From a virus (taxonomy: Duplodnaviria > Caudoviricetes), in the IMG/VR virus record IMGVR_UViG_3300032295_001004, positions 3,068 to 67,067 of that record: a DNA stretch of 64,000 bases. One strand, given 5' to 3'. The notes beneath the pieces are model-generated. The model had not been told where the DNA came from, searched no databases, and saw nothing but the letters and a program-made list of their open reading frames with translations. Shown here one piece after another: positions 25,307 through 36,474 of the stretch. Both the position numbers and the translations under genes were made by a program. Position 1 is the stretch's first letter. Each line of letters opens with the position of its first letter.

Positions 25307-26157
25307 AAAAAATATACGACTGTTTTACATTTTACAACGAATTCGACTTGCTTGAATTAAGATTAGAAGAGCATTGGGATTATGTTGATTACTTTGTAAT
25401 TGCAGAAGCCAACAAGACTCACCAAGGTAGAGACAAGCCCTTCTATCTTGCAGACAATTGGGATAGGTATAAAAAGTATCACGAAAAGATTATCCACATT
25501 AAAGTGGAAGATATGCCTACTGATTCTAATGCATGGGTTTTAGAAAACTTTCAACGAAATGCGTTAACACGAGGATTAACAGATGCTGCTCCGGATGACA
25601 TTGTTGTTATCTCTGACTGCGACGAAGTTATGCGTGGAGAGACATTTGAATTAATGAGAGAAGATGACAAACATATTTTGTGGATTTGTCGTGCTCCATT
25701 GTTCTACTTCAAACTAAACTATCTAATGGTTCGTCCTCGTTCTTATTGGGTCAATGCCATGGCCACACTAAGAAAACACTTAACAAGTCCACAGGATCTA
25801 AGAAACGCAACACACTGGGCGTCTGCACAGAAAGAAGACCTTGAGGACGATAAGGTAATGACTATTCAACATGCAGGATGGCATTTTACTTACTTAGGTA
25901 ATACAGACCACGCTAAGAACAAGTTGTTGAACTTTGCTCATCAAGAGTCTAATCACTTAGCGGAAACAGTTGATGTTGAAGAATTTATGAAACTTAAAAA
26001 AGGCATTGACAAAAACAATCCTAACGAAAGTTTTGAATATATCGAATTAGATGATTACTTTCCTGAAACAGTAGTAGAAGATCCAGTTCGCTGGAAAGAT
26101 TTTATTGCAGTAGGAGAATGTGTAAACATTAAAGGCTTCGTGCCAAGTTGGGAATAA
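25303..26157 (+). CDS. Glycosyltransferase family 17 (beta-1,4-GlcNAc transferase-like)
   Basis: [34 protein letters not shown]. Confidence 0.85.
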   Translation: MKKIYDCFTFYNEFDLLELRLEEHWDYVDYFVIAEANKTHQGRDKPFYLADNWDRYKKYHEKIIHIKVEDMPTDSNAWVLENFQRNALTRGLTDAAPDDIVVISDCDEVMRGETFELMREDDKHILWICRAPLFYFKLNYLMVRPRSYWVNAMATLRKHLTSPQDLRNATHWASAQKEDLEDDKVMTIQHAGWHFTYLGNTDHAKNKLLNFAHQESNHLAETVDVEEFMKLKKGIDKNNPNESFEYIELDDYFPETVVEDPVRWKDFIAVGECVNIKGFVPSWE

Positions 26158-26158
26158 A

Positions 26159-27316
26159 ATGACACAAAAATTTAGATTTCATATTTTGGGCTTGCCCCAT
26201 ACAGTAACAAACAAAGAATACAACGCCTGTGCTTACACTCAAAAGGTATTAAAATTTGGCAAGATGATGAAGGCATTAGGACACTATGTTATTCATTACG
26301 GTCACGAAGATAGTGTGCTAGAGTGTGACGAACATGTAACTGTTACCACAAACAAAGATTTAGAAATTGCTTATGGTAATTATAACTGGCGTGAAAACTT
26401 CTTTAAGTTTGATATGAATGATCATGCTTATCAAACATTCTTTAAAAATGCAATCCGTGAAGTAGGACTTCGTAAGCAACCCAAAGATTTTATTCTTCCA
26501 TTTTGGGGATCGGGTGTTCGTCCTATTTGCGATGCTCACCCCGACTTAATCTGTGTTGAACCAGGTATTGGTTACGCAGGTGGTCACTGGGCTCGTTGGA
26601 AGATCTTTGAAAGCTATGCTATCTACCACGCATACTACGGTCTTGAAGCTGTGGGAAGTTGTAAACAAGATTGGTATGACGCAGTTATTCCCAACTACTT
26701 TGATCTCGACGACTTTGAATACAGTGAAGAAAAAGAAGATTACTTCTTATACCTAGGTCGTGTATATAGTGGCAAAGGAACTAACATTGCTATTGAAGTT
26801 ACTAAGGAATTAAATGTTCCTTTAAAGATTGCAGGGCAAAACAATTTAAAAGACATGGGCTACGATAAAACTCCTGACCATGTTGAGTTCATTGGATATG
26901 CAGATGTTCCCACTCGCAAGAAGTTAATGAGCAAGGCCAAGGCTGCGTTTACACCAAGTATGTATGTTGAGCCGTTTGGCGGAGTACAGATCGAAATGTT
27001 ATTAAGTGGTACACCTACAATCACAACAGACTGGGGTAGCTTCAGCGAAAATAATGTACACGGGGTAACAGGTTACCGTTGCCGCACATTTGAACAGTTC
27101 AAGTGGGCCGCGCAAAATATTGGAAACATTAAACCATCCGACTGTCGAGACTATGCTGTTAAAAACTTTAGTCTAGAGAGAGTAGGCAAAATGTACGAAG
27201 AATATTTCCAGATGGTATACGATGTACACAGTGGCAATGGTTGGTATCAACCTCATCCAGAGCGTGAAAATCTAGACTGGTTACGCAAATATTACCCACC
27301 TATGGAACCTAAATGA
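26159..27316 (+). CDS. GT-B glycosyltransferase (GT4-like)
   Basis: [31 protein letters not shown] (ExF..E motif). Confidence 0.85.
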   Translation: MTQKFRFHILGLPHTVTNKEYNACAYTQKVLKFGKMMKALGHYVIHYGHEDSVLECDEHVTVTTNKDLEIAYGNYNWRENFFKFDMNDHAYQTFFKNAIREVGLRKQPKDFILPFWGSGVRPICDAHPDLICVEPGIGYAGGHWARWKIFESYAIYHAYYGLEAVGSCKQDWYDAVIPNYFDLDDFEYSEEKEDYFLYLGRVYSGKGTNIAIEVTKELNVPLKIAGQNNLKDMGYDKTPDHVEFIGYADVPTRKKLMSKAKAAFTPSMYVEPFGGVQIEMLLSGTPTITTDWGSFSENNVHGVTGYRCRTFEQFKWAAQNIGNIKPSDCRDYAVKNFSLERVGKMYEEYFQMVYDVHSGNGWYQPHPERENLDWLRKYYPPMEPK

Positions 27317-28251
27317 AAAGAGTAGTTTTCTATTTTGAGCCCAATTGGGCGTTCGGTACAGTTCATTATGAACTGTTCAAATACCTATGGGCTGAGGGAT
27401 TTAATTGTCAATTGCTTCCTTGGAACAAAAGCTACACCAGAGAAGAAATGTACGAGCTTAATGCAACTACAGATCTATTTGTAACTACTCCCCACGGATG
27501 GCGCTTCCTCGGCTACGATTATGCAACTGTTAGACCAGAACAATGTGTTATCATCAGTCATGCTAAGTTAGATATGACTGAATTAATTCATTACCACGGT
27601 ACGGACGATTTTAACAAATTTTATAAGTACGGTGCTGTTAGTGATTGGCTTGTTGGTGTTAGTAAAGAGTTAGGTATCCAGCGACCTGCCCAACTTGCAC
27701 CGGTTGCTGTAAATTGTAATACATTTTACAGTCCTCCAAATAGTTCGTTGAGAATTGTTGGATATACAGGATCATTCCATGCCAAACAAGAGTTTAGCGA
27801 CGATCAAGTTGCAAGTCAACTTGCACAGCCCAAGTATCACAAACGAGGTTGGTTAGTGAAACAAGCTGTTGAAATGGCTGGCTTAGAGTTCAAAGTAGCT
27901 CAACCTTATCATAATAGCTATATTACTATGCCAGGATTCTACAAAGGAATTGATGCTGTTATTTGTGCCAGTACTGAAGAAGGTGCAGGGTTGCCTGTAC
28001 TAGAGGGCGGTGCTGCCGGTAAATTAGTAATTGGCACTAATGTAGGGCATTGGGAACAACGAGTTGGCACAAAAGGTGGAGAAGTTGTACCAATTCCTGA
28101 AGCTGAATTTCTAGAAAAAACTGTGGAAATCCTACATTATTATAAAGATAATCCGTTAAAATACATTGAAAGATGTATGCAAATTCAAGAACATGCTAAG
28201 AGCTACGACTGGTCGCATGTTATTGACAAATGGGTAGACATTTTAAGTTAA
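27313..28251 (+). CDS. GT-B glycosyltransferase
   Basis: [27 protein letters not shown]. Confidence 0.75.
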   Translation: MKRVVFYFEPNWAFGTVHYELFKYLWAEGFNCQLLPWNKSYTREEMYELNATTDLFVTTPHGWRFLGYDYATVRPEQCVIISHAKLDMTELIHYHGTDDFNKFYKYGAVSDWLVGVSKELGIQRPAQLAPVAVNCNTFYSPPNSSLRIVGYTGSFHAKQEFSDDQVASQLAQPKYHKRGWLVKQAVEMAGLEFKVAQPYHNSYITMPGFYKGIDAVICASTEEGAGLPVLEGGAAGKLVIGTNVGHWEQRVGTKGGEVVPIPEAEFLEKTVEILHYYKDNPLKYIERCMQIQEHAKSYDWSHVIDKWVDILS

Positions 28252-28313
28252 TTAAGTATGTAGTTAACCTAGTATTTTTTTTAGATAACTAAGATTATGT
28301 GCTGAGGTGCTAC

Positions 28314-29045
28314 ATGAATACTGTAAGATGTTTCGATTGGTCAACCCTAGATAGAGAACTCCTAGCAGAGATGTTGTTAATATCAACTACGGATTTTGTG
28401 AATAAGTCGTATACACCCACCGCACTGACAAAAAGAGTTAGGCATCAGTTTAATTTCTTTCAAGTTCCTATTAAATTTGCCACTACAAAAAGCCCAGAAA
28501 CTAAACTTAAAGAAGTTTGGGTCGGTGGGTTATACGACAGCGGGTTAGATCAGGATGGTCAAGCTGCAATAACTATACGGCTACAGTACAACACTGACGC
28601 TAAGAAAATTACTTTAACAAAAAAGAATTTTAAACGAATTGCCTTGGGAATTGCCGATACTTTACTTCACGAAGTAATACATACTAGACAATATCGTAGA
28701 CGAAATTACAAAGAAATTGTGGGCTACACTAGCACCGCAGAGTTTTCAAAACAAATAAAAGAACAAACTTATCTCGGACACAGTGACGAAATAGATGCGT
28801 ATGCATTTAATATTGCGTGTGCGCTGTCAGATAAGTTTAACAAAGACCATGAAAAGATAGTACAATATCTTAATGCTGATTTAAAAGACAAACGATTTAA
28901 GAAAAATGGTTATACCATGTATCTTGAAACTTTTGATCACGATCACAGACACAGAGTTATCAAAAAACTTAAAAAGAAAATTATGTATTACCTTCCTTAT
29001 ACAACATTAGGGAAGCCGTATAAAACTTCAGACTGGTTAAAATGA
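28314..29045 (+). CDS. HExxH-containing hypothetical protein
   Basis: LLHEVIHTRQY ... YLGHSDEIDAYAFNIA. Confidence 0.6.
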   Translation: MNTVRCFDWSTLDRELLAEMLLISTTDFVNKSYTPTALTKRVRHQFNFFQVPIKFATTKSPETKLKEVWVGGLYDSGLDQDGQAAITIRLQYNTDAKKITLTKKNFKRIALGIADTLLHEVIHTRQYRRRNYKEIVGYTSTAEFSKQIKEQTYLGHSDEIDAYAFNIACALSDKFNKDHEKIVQYLNADLKDKRFKKNGYTMYLETFDHDHRHRVIKKLKKKIMYYLPYTTLGKPYKTSDWLK

Positions 29046-29776
29046 CTGCAAAAAGAAAAACTAAAAAAATCAATACATTCAACTGTTCTCCAAAGTTGAA
29101 TAGAAAAGTAGTAGTACCTACTAGATCTGAGATATTACCTATTCTGGACGAGCTCCGCGGCGAAGTAGTAAATCAATTTTTAACAGTTGACGAGCTAATT
29201 GATATTGTGGCTTTCTTTATAGGTACTAGATTCAATGTTAATGTTAAACATGCAGAAAGTGCCCAAGTAGAACATAACGATATGGACCTTAACGCATACT
29301 ATGACGGTGGACTCGACGAAGCTGATGAAGTTCCGATTGAACTGTATCTAATTACTAATCCATTACAAGATGTTATGATCATCGATCATAAAGGGTTCGA
29401 TACAATTATTAGAAGGATTTCGGATAGTCTAGCACATGAAGTTATTCATATGCAACAGTACAGGTCCAGAGACTTTTTGGAAGTAGGAGCCTACTATCCA
29501 GACGAATTGTCCGAAGAAGAAGAAACCAAAATGTATCTTAGTGATCCGGACGAAATTAATGCCTATGCTCATAACATTGCAAACGAGTTGTTAGAGCATG
29601 GCGATTTTGAAGTTGTTAAACAAAAGCTAGCCAATATAAAAGATATTTCAATCCAGGAAAGTATCAACCTTTGGGCTTATGTTAACGCATTTTCAAAGAA
29701 CCCTTCACATCCAGTAATCAAACGATTACTAAAAAGAGTTTACCAAAATTTACAACATCTAGGTAAATCTCGTTGA
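29042..29776 (+). CDS. HExxH-containing hypothetical protein, tandem paralog
   Basis: LAHEVIHMQQY ... YLSDPDEINAYAHNIA. Confidence 0.6.
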   Translation: MTAKRKTKKINTFNCSPKLNRKVVVPTRSEILPILDELRGEVVNQFLTVDELIDIVAFFIGTRFNVNVKHAESAQVEHNDMDLNAYYDGGLDEADEVPIELYLITNPLQDVMIIDHKGFDTIIRRISDSLAHEVIHMQQYRSRDFLEVGAYYPDELSEEEETKMYLSDPDEINAYAHNIANELLEHGDFEVVKQKLANIKDISIQESINLWAYVNAFSKNPSHPVIKRLLKRVYQNLQHLGKSR

Positions 29777-29801
29777 CATAGAGTAACTTGTATGTTATAC
29801 T
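29773..29801 (+). promoter_or_regulatory. Sigma70-type promoter
   Basis: TTGACA-N17-TATACT. Confidence 0.8.
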
Positions 29802-29807
29802 GTTAGT

Positions 29808-30038
29808 ATGACATACACAGTTCACACAAGTCAAGTTCGAACAATTAAATCAGACAATCCTAATTTTGTAATTCATGACGGATTAATGATTTCTCCCAGA
29901 GCAGGATTTGAAATTAACAAAGACTGCCCGCGGGAATATCGACAGATTATTGCTGCCTGTATTGATCGAGGTTGGCTCAAACCGGTAGCCAATGTAACTG
30001 AACGAGAGTTGCTGTTTATCGGTCTTAGTCAAGAATGA
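29808..30038 (+). CDS. Hypothetical protein
   Basis: 76 aa ORF directly after the promoter. Confidence 0.6.
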   Translation: MTYTVHTSQVRTIKSDNPNFVIHDGLMISPRAGFEINKDCPREYRQIIAACIDRGWLKPVANVTERELLFIGLSQE

Positions 30039-30092
30039 ATAAACTGATCAGTTAATTTAGATAATTACAATTATAATTTCTTAAGGAATAGA

Positions 30093-30794
30093 ATGAAAGT
30101 CAAACCAAAGTTTAATGTCAAGCCAGCACAACCTAAGCCGGCACAGACAGCACCGCAAACCCAAGGGCGAGCACCAAGCATTATGATCGCAGTTCCAGCA
30201 ATGGAAATGGTCAATGCAGAATTTGCACAACACTTAGCAATGTCAGCAGCCAATTTGGTAGCTAACGGTATTAAGATCAACTGTGCATTTAACATCGGAT
30301 CAGTTATTACTATTGCCCGTCGTAACCTAGTTGATATCTTTTTAAAGAGCGACTTTGATTACATTTGGTGGGTCGATAGCGACATGAAGTTCCCAATTGA
30401 TGCACCGTTGCGTTTGCTAAAGCGTAACAAGCCAATTGTAGGTGCTAACTATCGTAGACGCCGTTTCCCTAATCCCAACTTTACAGGTATGATGGGTTCG
30501 GCGGGTCAATACACTGAATTCCAAACAACTGACAACAGTCCAGCAATGGAACTGATTGATGTACTTCCACATGGTATGGTATTGTGCCATCGTTCAGTTT
30601 ACGAAAAAATTCCACAACCGCACTACTTGCAAGAGTATATTCCCGAACTTAATCTTGAGATCGGTGAAGACATCTACTTCTGTCAACAAGCACAGAAGGC
30701 AGGGTATGAAGTGTGGTGTGACCAAGAGTTGAGTCGTGAAGTATCACACATTGGTATCTTCCACTTTAACTATAATCTTTCAGTTCCACAATAA
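30093..30794 (+). CDS. GT-A-fold glycosyltransferase-like protein
   Basis: WWVDSDM (DxD) and GEDIYFC motifs; Lys/Pro-rich N-tail. Confidence 0.7.
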   Translation: MKVKPKFNVKPAQPKPAQTAPQTQGRAPSIMIAVPAMEMVNAEFAQHLAMSAANLVANGIKINCAFNIGSVITIARRNLVDIFLKSDFDYIWWVDSDMKFPIDAPLRLLKRNKPIVGANYRRRRFPNPNFTGMMGSAGQYTEFQTTDNSPAMELIDVLPHGMVLCHRSVYEKIPQPHYLQEYIPELNLEIGEDIYFCQQAQKAGYEVWCDQELSREVSHIGIFHFNYNLSVPQ

Positions 30795-30809
30795 CACACA
30801 GGAGGCCTT

Positions 30810-30962
30810 ATGGCATTTGAATCAATTGAGTTACGACAGGTAAAGAACGGCATTATCGTTGTTCTTCGAACAGAAGACGATGAAAATGAGTATGTATTCG
30901 ATACAAGTCGAAAAGCACTCAAATTTGTTAAAGAATTGCTAGAGGCAAAAGCTGTTCAATGA
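30810..30962 (+). CDS. Small hypothetical protein (50 aa)
   Basis: GGAGG RBS; MAFESIELRQVKNG...; ATGA overlap with galE. Not in the ORF track. Confidence 0.6.
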   Translation: MAFESIELRQVKNGIIVVLRTEDDENEYVFDTSRKALKFVKELLEAKAVQ

Positions 30963-31969
30963 AAGTGTTAGTTACAGGCGGCAGTGGCTTTGTGGGAAGC
31001 CATGTCGCCAAAATGTTATATGAAAACGGTCATACTCCAGTAGTATATGACATGGTGGCAAAACAGCGTACATGGGCAAGTCCGAACTGGGAATGTATTT
31101 CATCAGATATTAATAAAAAATATTCTATAGAAACAACACTCGAACTAGGTAACTTTGATGCTGTAATACATTTGGCCGCCAGTTCCGAAGTAGGATCTAG
31201 CGTTTGGAATCCGCTGACTTATTATCAAAATAATGTCAGCGGCTCTGCTACTGTCTTACAGGCATGTGTAAAGCATGGAGTAGACAAAATTGTATTCAGT
31301 TCGACTAGTTCAGTATACGGAGAAGTAGATCCTAGCAGATTGCCAACTCGTGAACACTATCCTAAAAATCCTTTAACTAGCTACGGAGCCAGTAAGTTAG
31401 CAGTAGAAAATATGCTACGGGATGTAGAAGTAGCACATGGTATTCGAAGTGTTAGTTTGCGTTACTTTAATGCTAGCGGCGCAGCCCCAGATGGTACAAT
31501 TGGCGAATATAGAGCAAAGCCAACTCATTTAATTCCCAGCTTACAAAGCGTAGTAGACGGACATCGAGAGGAGTTTATTATTAATGGAGGCGACTATCCT
31601 ACTGAAGATGGTACAACTGTTAGAGATTATACTCATATTTGGGATATTGCTTCTGCACATATCAAGGCATTAGAATATCTCAATGCTGGTGGTAAAACTG
31701 ATTACATCAATATCGGCGCAGGCAAGGGTAAGTCTGTTATAGATATTATGGGAGAGTTTATTAAACTTAGCCCTGTGGGTAATTACAAATGGAAAATGGG
31801 TCCTAGGCGCCCAGGTGACATTCCTATTAACTATGCTGATATTACCAAGGCTAAAGAAGTCTTAGGTTGGGAACCTAAAATCAGCGATGCCTATAACATT
31901 GTCAAGGATGCGGTTAATTGGTATAACAGTGACCTGTACAAGGAACTAACAAATGAAAACAGAATATAA
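30959..31969 (+). CDS. galE: UDP-glucose 4-epimerase
   Basis: TGGSGFVG, HLAA, SSTSSVYG, YGASK, LRYFNASGA, VRDYTH, RRPGD. Confidence 0.9.
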   Translation: MKVLVTGGSGFVGSHVAKMLYENGHTPVVYDMVAKQRTWASPNWECISSDINKKYSIETTLELGNFDAVIHLAASSEVGSSVWNPLTYYQNNVSGSATVLQACVKHGVDKIVFSSTSSVYGEVDPSRLPTREHYPKNPLTSYGASKLAVENMLRDVEVAHGIRSVSLRYFNASGAAPDGTIGEYRAKPTHLIPSLQSVVDGHREEFIINGGDYPTEDGTTVRDYTHIWDIASAHIKALEYLNAGGKTDYINIGAGKGKSVIDIMGEFIKLSPVGNYKWKMGPRRPGDIPINYADITKAKEVLGWEPKISDAYNIVKDAVNWYNSDLYKELTNENRI

Positions 31970-32441
31970 TATAAAGGATAAGGTTTGGATTCACTTAGGT
32001 GAACGAAGCCTAGTAGAAGGTAGAGTAGTTGATATCTTTGACCTACATCATGTAGGTTACTCAAAAGATCGCGAGTTCTATGTTATCGAAATCCAAACAG
32101 GAATCGATAACATTTTTGAAGTGCGAGACTTCGAGCAAATTAGCCCAGATGCTAAAGGGCCAATTAACTTGTTTAGGCATATCAAAAATGACATGGCAAA
32201 GGCTAAACGATTCCTAAAGAAAGTAGGTATTGTATTACCAGTAAATGGTCCAGATCCTCTTGAAGAATTTACAGGTGACGGTCACGATGGGATGGGTAGT
32301 ATCGACGAAGATGGTCCCACTACTGAACAAATTCATGCCGCAATGGACAAGAGTTTAAAAGATGTTGCTCATACTCCTTTGAACCTTAAATCCGAAAAGC
32401 CTAAACGCAGATCTTATCCTCCCAGAAAGAAAAAAGTTTGA
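31953..32441 (+). CDS. Hypothetical protein
   Basis: 162 aa ORF, basic C-tail. Confidence 0.6.
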   Translation: MKTEYNIKDKVWIHLGERSLVEGRVVDIFDLHHVGYSKDREFYVIEIQTGIDNIFEVRDFEQISPDAKGPINLFRHIKNDMAKAKRFLKKVGIVLPVNGPDPLEEFTGDGHDGMGSIDEDGPTTEQIHAAMDKSLKDVAHTPLNLKSEKPKRRSYPPRKKKV

Positions 32442-32734
32442 GCGCACTCGATGATCTGCAGGCAGTAATGTTTCAATGGAAAGATCAAATGTCTGTAATT
32501 AAACCTAAATTGCATCTCTTAAAGAGCGGTTGGTGGAGATTACAATATGTAGAAGAGATGTTTGACGACTCATATTACCAAACCTACAGATTTGATAATT
32601 GTATTAGATGGACTGACGAAAAATTAAAAGATTGGCCCAACTGTAAGAGAATGTCTTGGGACATGTGGGATTTTAAAAATCGTAGTGATGCTGAAAAGTT
32701 TATTACATTATTTCATTTATCATGGGAACAGTAA
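32438..32734 (+). CDS. Hypothetical protein
   Basis: Trp-rich 98 aa ORF; TTG start overlapping the upstream stop. Confidence 0.5.
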   Translation: MSALDDLQAVMFQWKDQMSVIKPKLHLLKSGWWRLQYVEEMFDDSYYQTYRFDNCIRWTDEKLKDWPNCKRMSWDMWDFKNRSDAEKFITLFHLSWEQ

Positions 32735-33018
32735 GATACAAAGTCGAAGATGATGTTGTGAAAGAAATTCACAAGGTTGTTGTCCATAAGTTTAATTTAA
32801 GCGATGTTGAAGATCCTGACATATATGCTGCCGGTCCTATGTTCGATTGGGAACGAAGTGAAGCAGGACAGTTTGTATTCAAACACGCTGTAGATCCTCC
32901 CGAATGGCATAGACATATGGATCCTATGTTTATGGGCTATCGATATATTATTGTAGCCGAATTAGAAAAGAAAAAACTTGCCGAATACTATTTAAGATTT
33001 GACAAATCACACATTTGA
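32722..33018 (+). CDS. Hypothetical protein
   Basis: 98 aa ORF in the operon. Confidence 0.6.
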   Translation: MGTVRYKVEDDVVKEIHKVVVHKFNLSDVEDPDIYAAGPMFDWERSEAGQFVFKHAVDPPEWHRHMDPMFMGYRYIIVAELEKKKLAEYYLRFDKSHI

Positions 33019-33027
33019 CTGTATAAT
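32999..33027 (+). promoter_or_regulatory. Sigma70-type promoter
   Basis: TTGACA-N17-TATAAT. Confidence 0.82.
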
Positions 33028-33053
33028 TAATATATACAGAGGATTTTTATATT

Positions 33054-33893
33054 ATGGCACAACACTCAAAATATTGGAGTTGCAGTCCTTTTGCTGACTG
33101 GGTTCGTGGTACCCCTAAGGGTGGCGCAAAGACCAGTGAAGGTTGGGATGAATGGACTACTGAAGCTCAGCGTTACAATCCTGTACGATATTGGATTGCA
33201 GAAGAAGGTCTTAGTTATCTTCAGGATTTCGTTACCTGGCCTATTAGGAAAATTTACGATGTTAAGTACTATATCAATAATCGTTGGGTTAGTCGTACTC
33301 ATAGTCTTACTGCACACCCTAAAGACATTAGACCCGGTCAGTGGCAAGATGTTGGCAATCGTTTCCTTCCTTGTCTATTTAATGAGCTTGTCGATTTTGT
33401 GGAGATAGAAACAGCCTGGAGCCATATTGCCTGGGGCAATAAAGAAGCCCGTGCCAAATACGATCCTCCATTTTGGGCCAGTGGTTGGTGGCGTTGGAGA
33501 ACTTGGCGATGTCCGCAAGCCGGCCTAGATCATCTTGATTGGGCAATGACCTTAACCAACAGTGACTGGTGCGGTCCCGAACATCCAGATTACAATAAGC
33601 CTACTAAACAAGCTATCAATGCAAAAGAAATTAAAGAGCTGTATCTATGGTGGACTGAAGTTTATCCCAATCGCCCTGATCCTCATGATGCCAGCGGTTG
33701 GACTGCTTACTGCGAACTCAGTCGTTTATCCAATGGTGGCAAACTAAATTGGGGTGCAGATAAAACACCTGAGCTTAAAAAAGCCAGTAAGCTAGCTCAT
33801 AAAGAACTTCAAAAAATTGAAGCCGCTTACGAAAAGGAAGACGAACAAATGATGATTCGTTTAATTAAAGTTAGAAACTCACTTTGGACTTAA
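33054..33893 (+). CDS. Hypothetical Trp-rich protein
   Basis: 279 aa ORF with GAGG RBS after the promoter. Confidence 0.7.
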   Translation: MAQHSKYWSCSPFADWVRGTPKGGAKTSEGWDEWTTEAQRYNPVRYWIAEEGLSYLQDFVTWPIRKIYDVKYYINNRWVSRTHSLTAHPKDIRPGQWQDVGNRFLPCLFNELVDFVEIETAWSHIAWGNKEARAKYDPPFWASGWWRWRTWRCPQAGLDHLDWAMTLTNSDWCGPEHPDYNKPTKQAINAKEIKELYLWWTEVYPNRPDPHDASGWTAYCELSRLSNGGKLNWGADKTPELKKASKLAHKELQKIEAAYEKEDEQMMIRLIKVRNSLWT

Positions 33894-33894
33894 T

Positions 33895-34164
33895 ATGACT
33901 AAAAAGATTGAAGGTATGGCGACTATTGAAGAAGCCGCAGATGGCAAGGTAAAGATTGAATTTGCCCCTGGTTGTTTCGACAGCTTTGAAGGTACTCAAG
34001 AAGAACTTGACGAGCTTATTGCCGAAATCCACCGCATGTTTGAAAGTGGCGAGATCGAAGAACACGCTAGAACCGTTGACCTTGACGAACTTCTAGAAGA
34101 AGAACCAGAATGGGCTGAAAAGATTATTAACAGTTTAGGCGAAGAAAAACGGCCACTGCAATGA
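33895..34164 (+). CDS. Acidic hypothetical protein
   Basis: 89 aa, Glu-rich. Confidence 0.6.
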   Translation: MTKKIEGMATIEEAADGKVKIEFAPGCFDSFEGTQEELDELIAEIHRMFESGEIEEHARTVDLDELLEEEPEWAEKIINSLGEEKRPLQ

Positions 34165-34331
34165 AAAATCAACCTTTTTCTAATTGGGTTAAGCGCCTTT
34201 GGCAAGAGCATCTTTCCGAACTAGAAGCCGAAGGTCTGGGACTTCCAAAATATAAATTTCAAGATTATTTTAATAAACATAAATGGTGGCTGCGGCGTGA
34301 GTACAGATTCCAAAATATCAAAAAGTCCTGA
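34161..34331 (+). CDS. Small hypothetical protein (56 aa)
   Basis: ATGA overlap; MKNQPFSNWVKRLW... Not in the ORF track. Confidence 0.55.
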   Translation: MKNQPFSNWVKRLWQEHLSELEAEGLGLPKYKFQDYFNKHKWWLRREYRFQNIKKS

Positions 34332-34845
34332 ACGACATACCTTTCAAGCCGAAGGATATATCAAACGCTGTGAAGAAGAGGGCAAAGAGCCTAGGGAAGA
34401 TTATCTCAATCTTTACAAGTCAGCGCGACAGCAAGATGAGGAAAACATGGTTAATCCTGAATGGCAAAAAGACAACATGGAGTACGATCTGCGTTCAACT
34501 GATTGGATTTTGGAAAAAGTTCGTGCTAGTGAATCTTACGCTCAAAATCTTTATGCCGCAATCTGTAACAATGATTTTCAAAAACTAGCAGTAATACCTA
34601 TCCTTAAAGATCAGCGTTGGCATGCCTCGTGGCGTAGTGCTGGCGGTATTGTAGCAGATATGCGTGAAGAAGGTGACTACATTGATTGGTACTGTTCGGG
34701 CATTCGAAACGATCATAGTTATGACCCAGAAATAAACATCAAGTTTCCAAACGGATATGTTCCGGAATCAGTAGTCACTGATGAAATTCGTGCAGATTTA
34801 CAACAACTCGGTTGGATAGTTGTTGATGCAAATGATGAGTTCTAA
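34297..34845 (+). CDS. Hypothetical protein
   Basis: 182 aa ORF; SWRSAGGIVA...DYIDWYCSG motif. Confidence 0.65.
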   Translation: MSTDSKISKSPERHTFQAEGYIKRCEEEGKEPREDYLNLYKSARQQDEENMVNPEWQKDNMEYDLRSTDWILEKVRASESYAQNLYAAICNNDFQKLAVIPILKDQRWHASWRSAGGIVADMREEGDYIDWYCSGIRNDHSYDPEINIKFPNGYVPESVVTDEIRADLQQLGWIVVDANDEF

Positions 34846-35126
34846 TGAGTAAACCAATTGTATTAGATTTGAAACAATGGGCTAAACTGCATACTCAATT
34901 GGCTAAAGATAACCATTCCAGTGTTATGCTAATCCGCTCAAAGATGAAAATGGTGCTAGGGTTTACTGTTAGAAGGCATACAAAATGGAAAATGGATCCT
35001 GATTTTGGACATAAGTATTCAGAAGATACAATACATCTAGACTTCTACAATGAGCCGAAACGAACAATGTTCCTACTTAAATATAGTGACTATTTGATCA
35101 AAACTGATGATTCACTCTTGACATAG
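34845..35126 (+). CDS. Hypothetical protein
   Basis: TAATG-coupled 93 aa ORF. Confidence 0.6.
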   Translation: MSKPIVLDLKQWAKLHTQLAKDNHSSVMLIRSKMKMVLGFTVRRHTKWKMDPDFGHKYSEDTIHLDFYNEPKRTMFLLKYSDYLIKTDDSLLT

Positions 35127-35146
35127 AGTGAAAAATACTGTATAAT
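35111..35146 (+). promoter_or_regulatory. Sigma70 promoter with -35 inside an inverted repeat
   Basis: TTCACTCT/AGAGTGAA flank TTGACA(35118)-N17-TATAAT(35141). Confidence 0.8.
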
Positions 35147-35167
35147 ATAAGTATTGTTAAACACAAT

Positions 35168-35241
35168 GCGGGGTTGGCATAGAGGTTGTGTTCTAGCCTT
35201 CCAAGCTAGCTAGACGGGTTCGATTCCCGTACCCCGCTCCA
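35168..35241 (+). tRNA. tRNA-Gly(UCC)
   Basis: GCGGGGT/ACCCCGC, CTAGC-CT-TCC-AA-GCTAG, TTCGATT, U73, CCA. Confidence 0.9.
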
Positions 35242-35256
35242 CATTTAAGGTACATC

Positions 35257-36474
35257 ATGGCAACAGTAGCAGGCATTAAGATCACTCCTAAAGTTAAAAA
35301 AGAAAAAGTCACTAGTGTAAGCATCCGTGAGAATGCCAAGCGTGACTACAGCCCAAAGTGGGATGGTTCAGAAACTTGGACTGGTGCTCAATTTACCAAA
35401 CACTTCCGCGGTGCTATGGAATACTACCGCTTGGAAAAGACTACCAAAGAACTCAAGCCACAGATTATCAACTGGATGGCTCTTAACGATTATACCAAAT
35501 CTGAAATTGCGGCTTTTAAGAAAACTAAAGACAGCCGATGTTCAATGACTGTGGCCGCTCTTGCAGCCTGTTTGCAACGAGGCATGACCCCAATCCATAG
35601 TGGATTTAACGAGGGTCGTGACAGTACACTTTGGTTGCGTAAAGAAATTGCTAAAATTATTGAGCAAGGTAAAGACGACATTGACGAAACAGAAACAGCC
35701 AAGCCTACGGTCAAGACCGAAGTATATGTTCCAACGATTCAAGATCGTCTGCGTGAAGCCGCAGGTGGCATGAGTGAAGAGCTTGATACTGCTATTGATG
35801 CATGGATTACTGATCCAGAAGCGTTCAATCCTAAAGACATTAAGGTTGTTAACCTGCTTAAAGGCAAAGGTGCCAAGGCTGCTCATTCTCGATTGATTAA
35901 AGGTTACTTTCAGCGCAACTATGACGAACTGTTAGAGTTGTCCAGCGGTAAGGCCGACGAACAATTGAAAGAAGCCTATAAGCATAACAGCCGTAAGAAT
36001 GTTAACAAGCTAATCGAATTCTATGCCAGTATTATGGCAGCATGTGAGCAGATTGCCGCTGAGCAGAAGGTTATGAAAAAGCCTCGAGCTGCCAAAGTTA
36101 AGCCTGCAGAAGATCTGGTTAAGAAGCTGAAGTTCCAATTGAGTGATACTAAGTTAGGTATTACTAGTATGCCGCCGGCTACCATTATTGGTTCACAGGG
36201 TGTTGTAGTGTTTAATACTAAAACTCGAAAGATTGGTTATTACATTGCTAAGACCAGTGCTGGACTCGGTGTTAAGAACAGTAGTATTACTGACTTTACC
36301 GAAAAGAGTATGCAGAAAACTTTGCGTAAGCCCCCGGAGCAAATTAAGGAATTCAAAGAGCAGAACACACAAAAGAGGTTTGAAACTTGGTTTGCCAAAG
36401 GTATTAAAACTACAGAGACAGTACTCAACGGACGATTTAGCGAGGAGACTGTTATTTTAAAAGTATATAAATGA
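35257..36474 (+). CDS. Hypothetical Lys-rich protein (405 aa)
   Basis: Long ORF with codon usage typical of highly expressed genes; no motif recognised. Confidence 0.75.
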   Translation: MATVAGIKITPKVKKEKVTSVSIRENAKRDYSPKWDGSETWTGAQFTKHFRGAMEYYRLEKTTKELKPQIINWMALNDYTKSEIAAFKKTKDSRCSMTVAALAACLQRGMTPIHSGFNEGRDSTLWLRKEIAKIIEQGKDDIDETETAKPTVKTEVYVPTIQDRLREAAGGMSEELDTAIDAWITDPEAFNPKDIKVVNLLKGKGAKAAHSRLIKGYFQRNYDELLELSSGKADEQLKEAYKHNSRKNVNKLIEFYASIMAACEQIAAEQKVMKKPRAAKVKPAEDLVKKLKFQLSDTKLGITSMPPATIIGSQGVVVFNTKTRKIGYYIAKTSAGLGVKNSSITDFTEKSMQKTLRKPPEQIKEFKEQNTQKRFETWFAKGIKTTETVLNGRFSEETVILKVYK

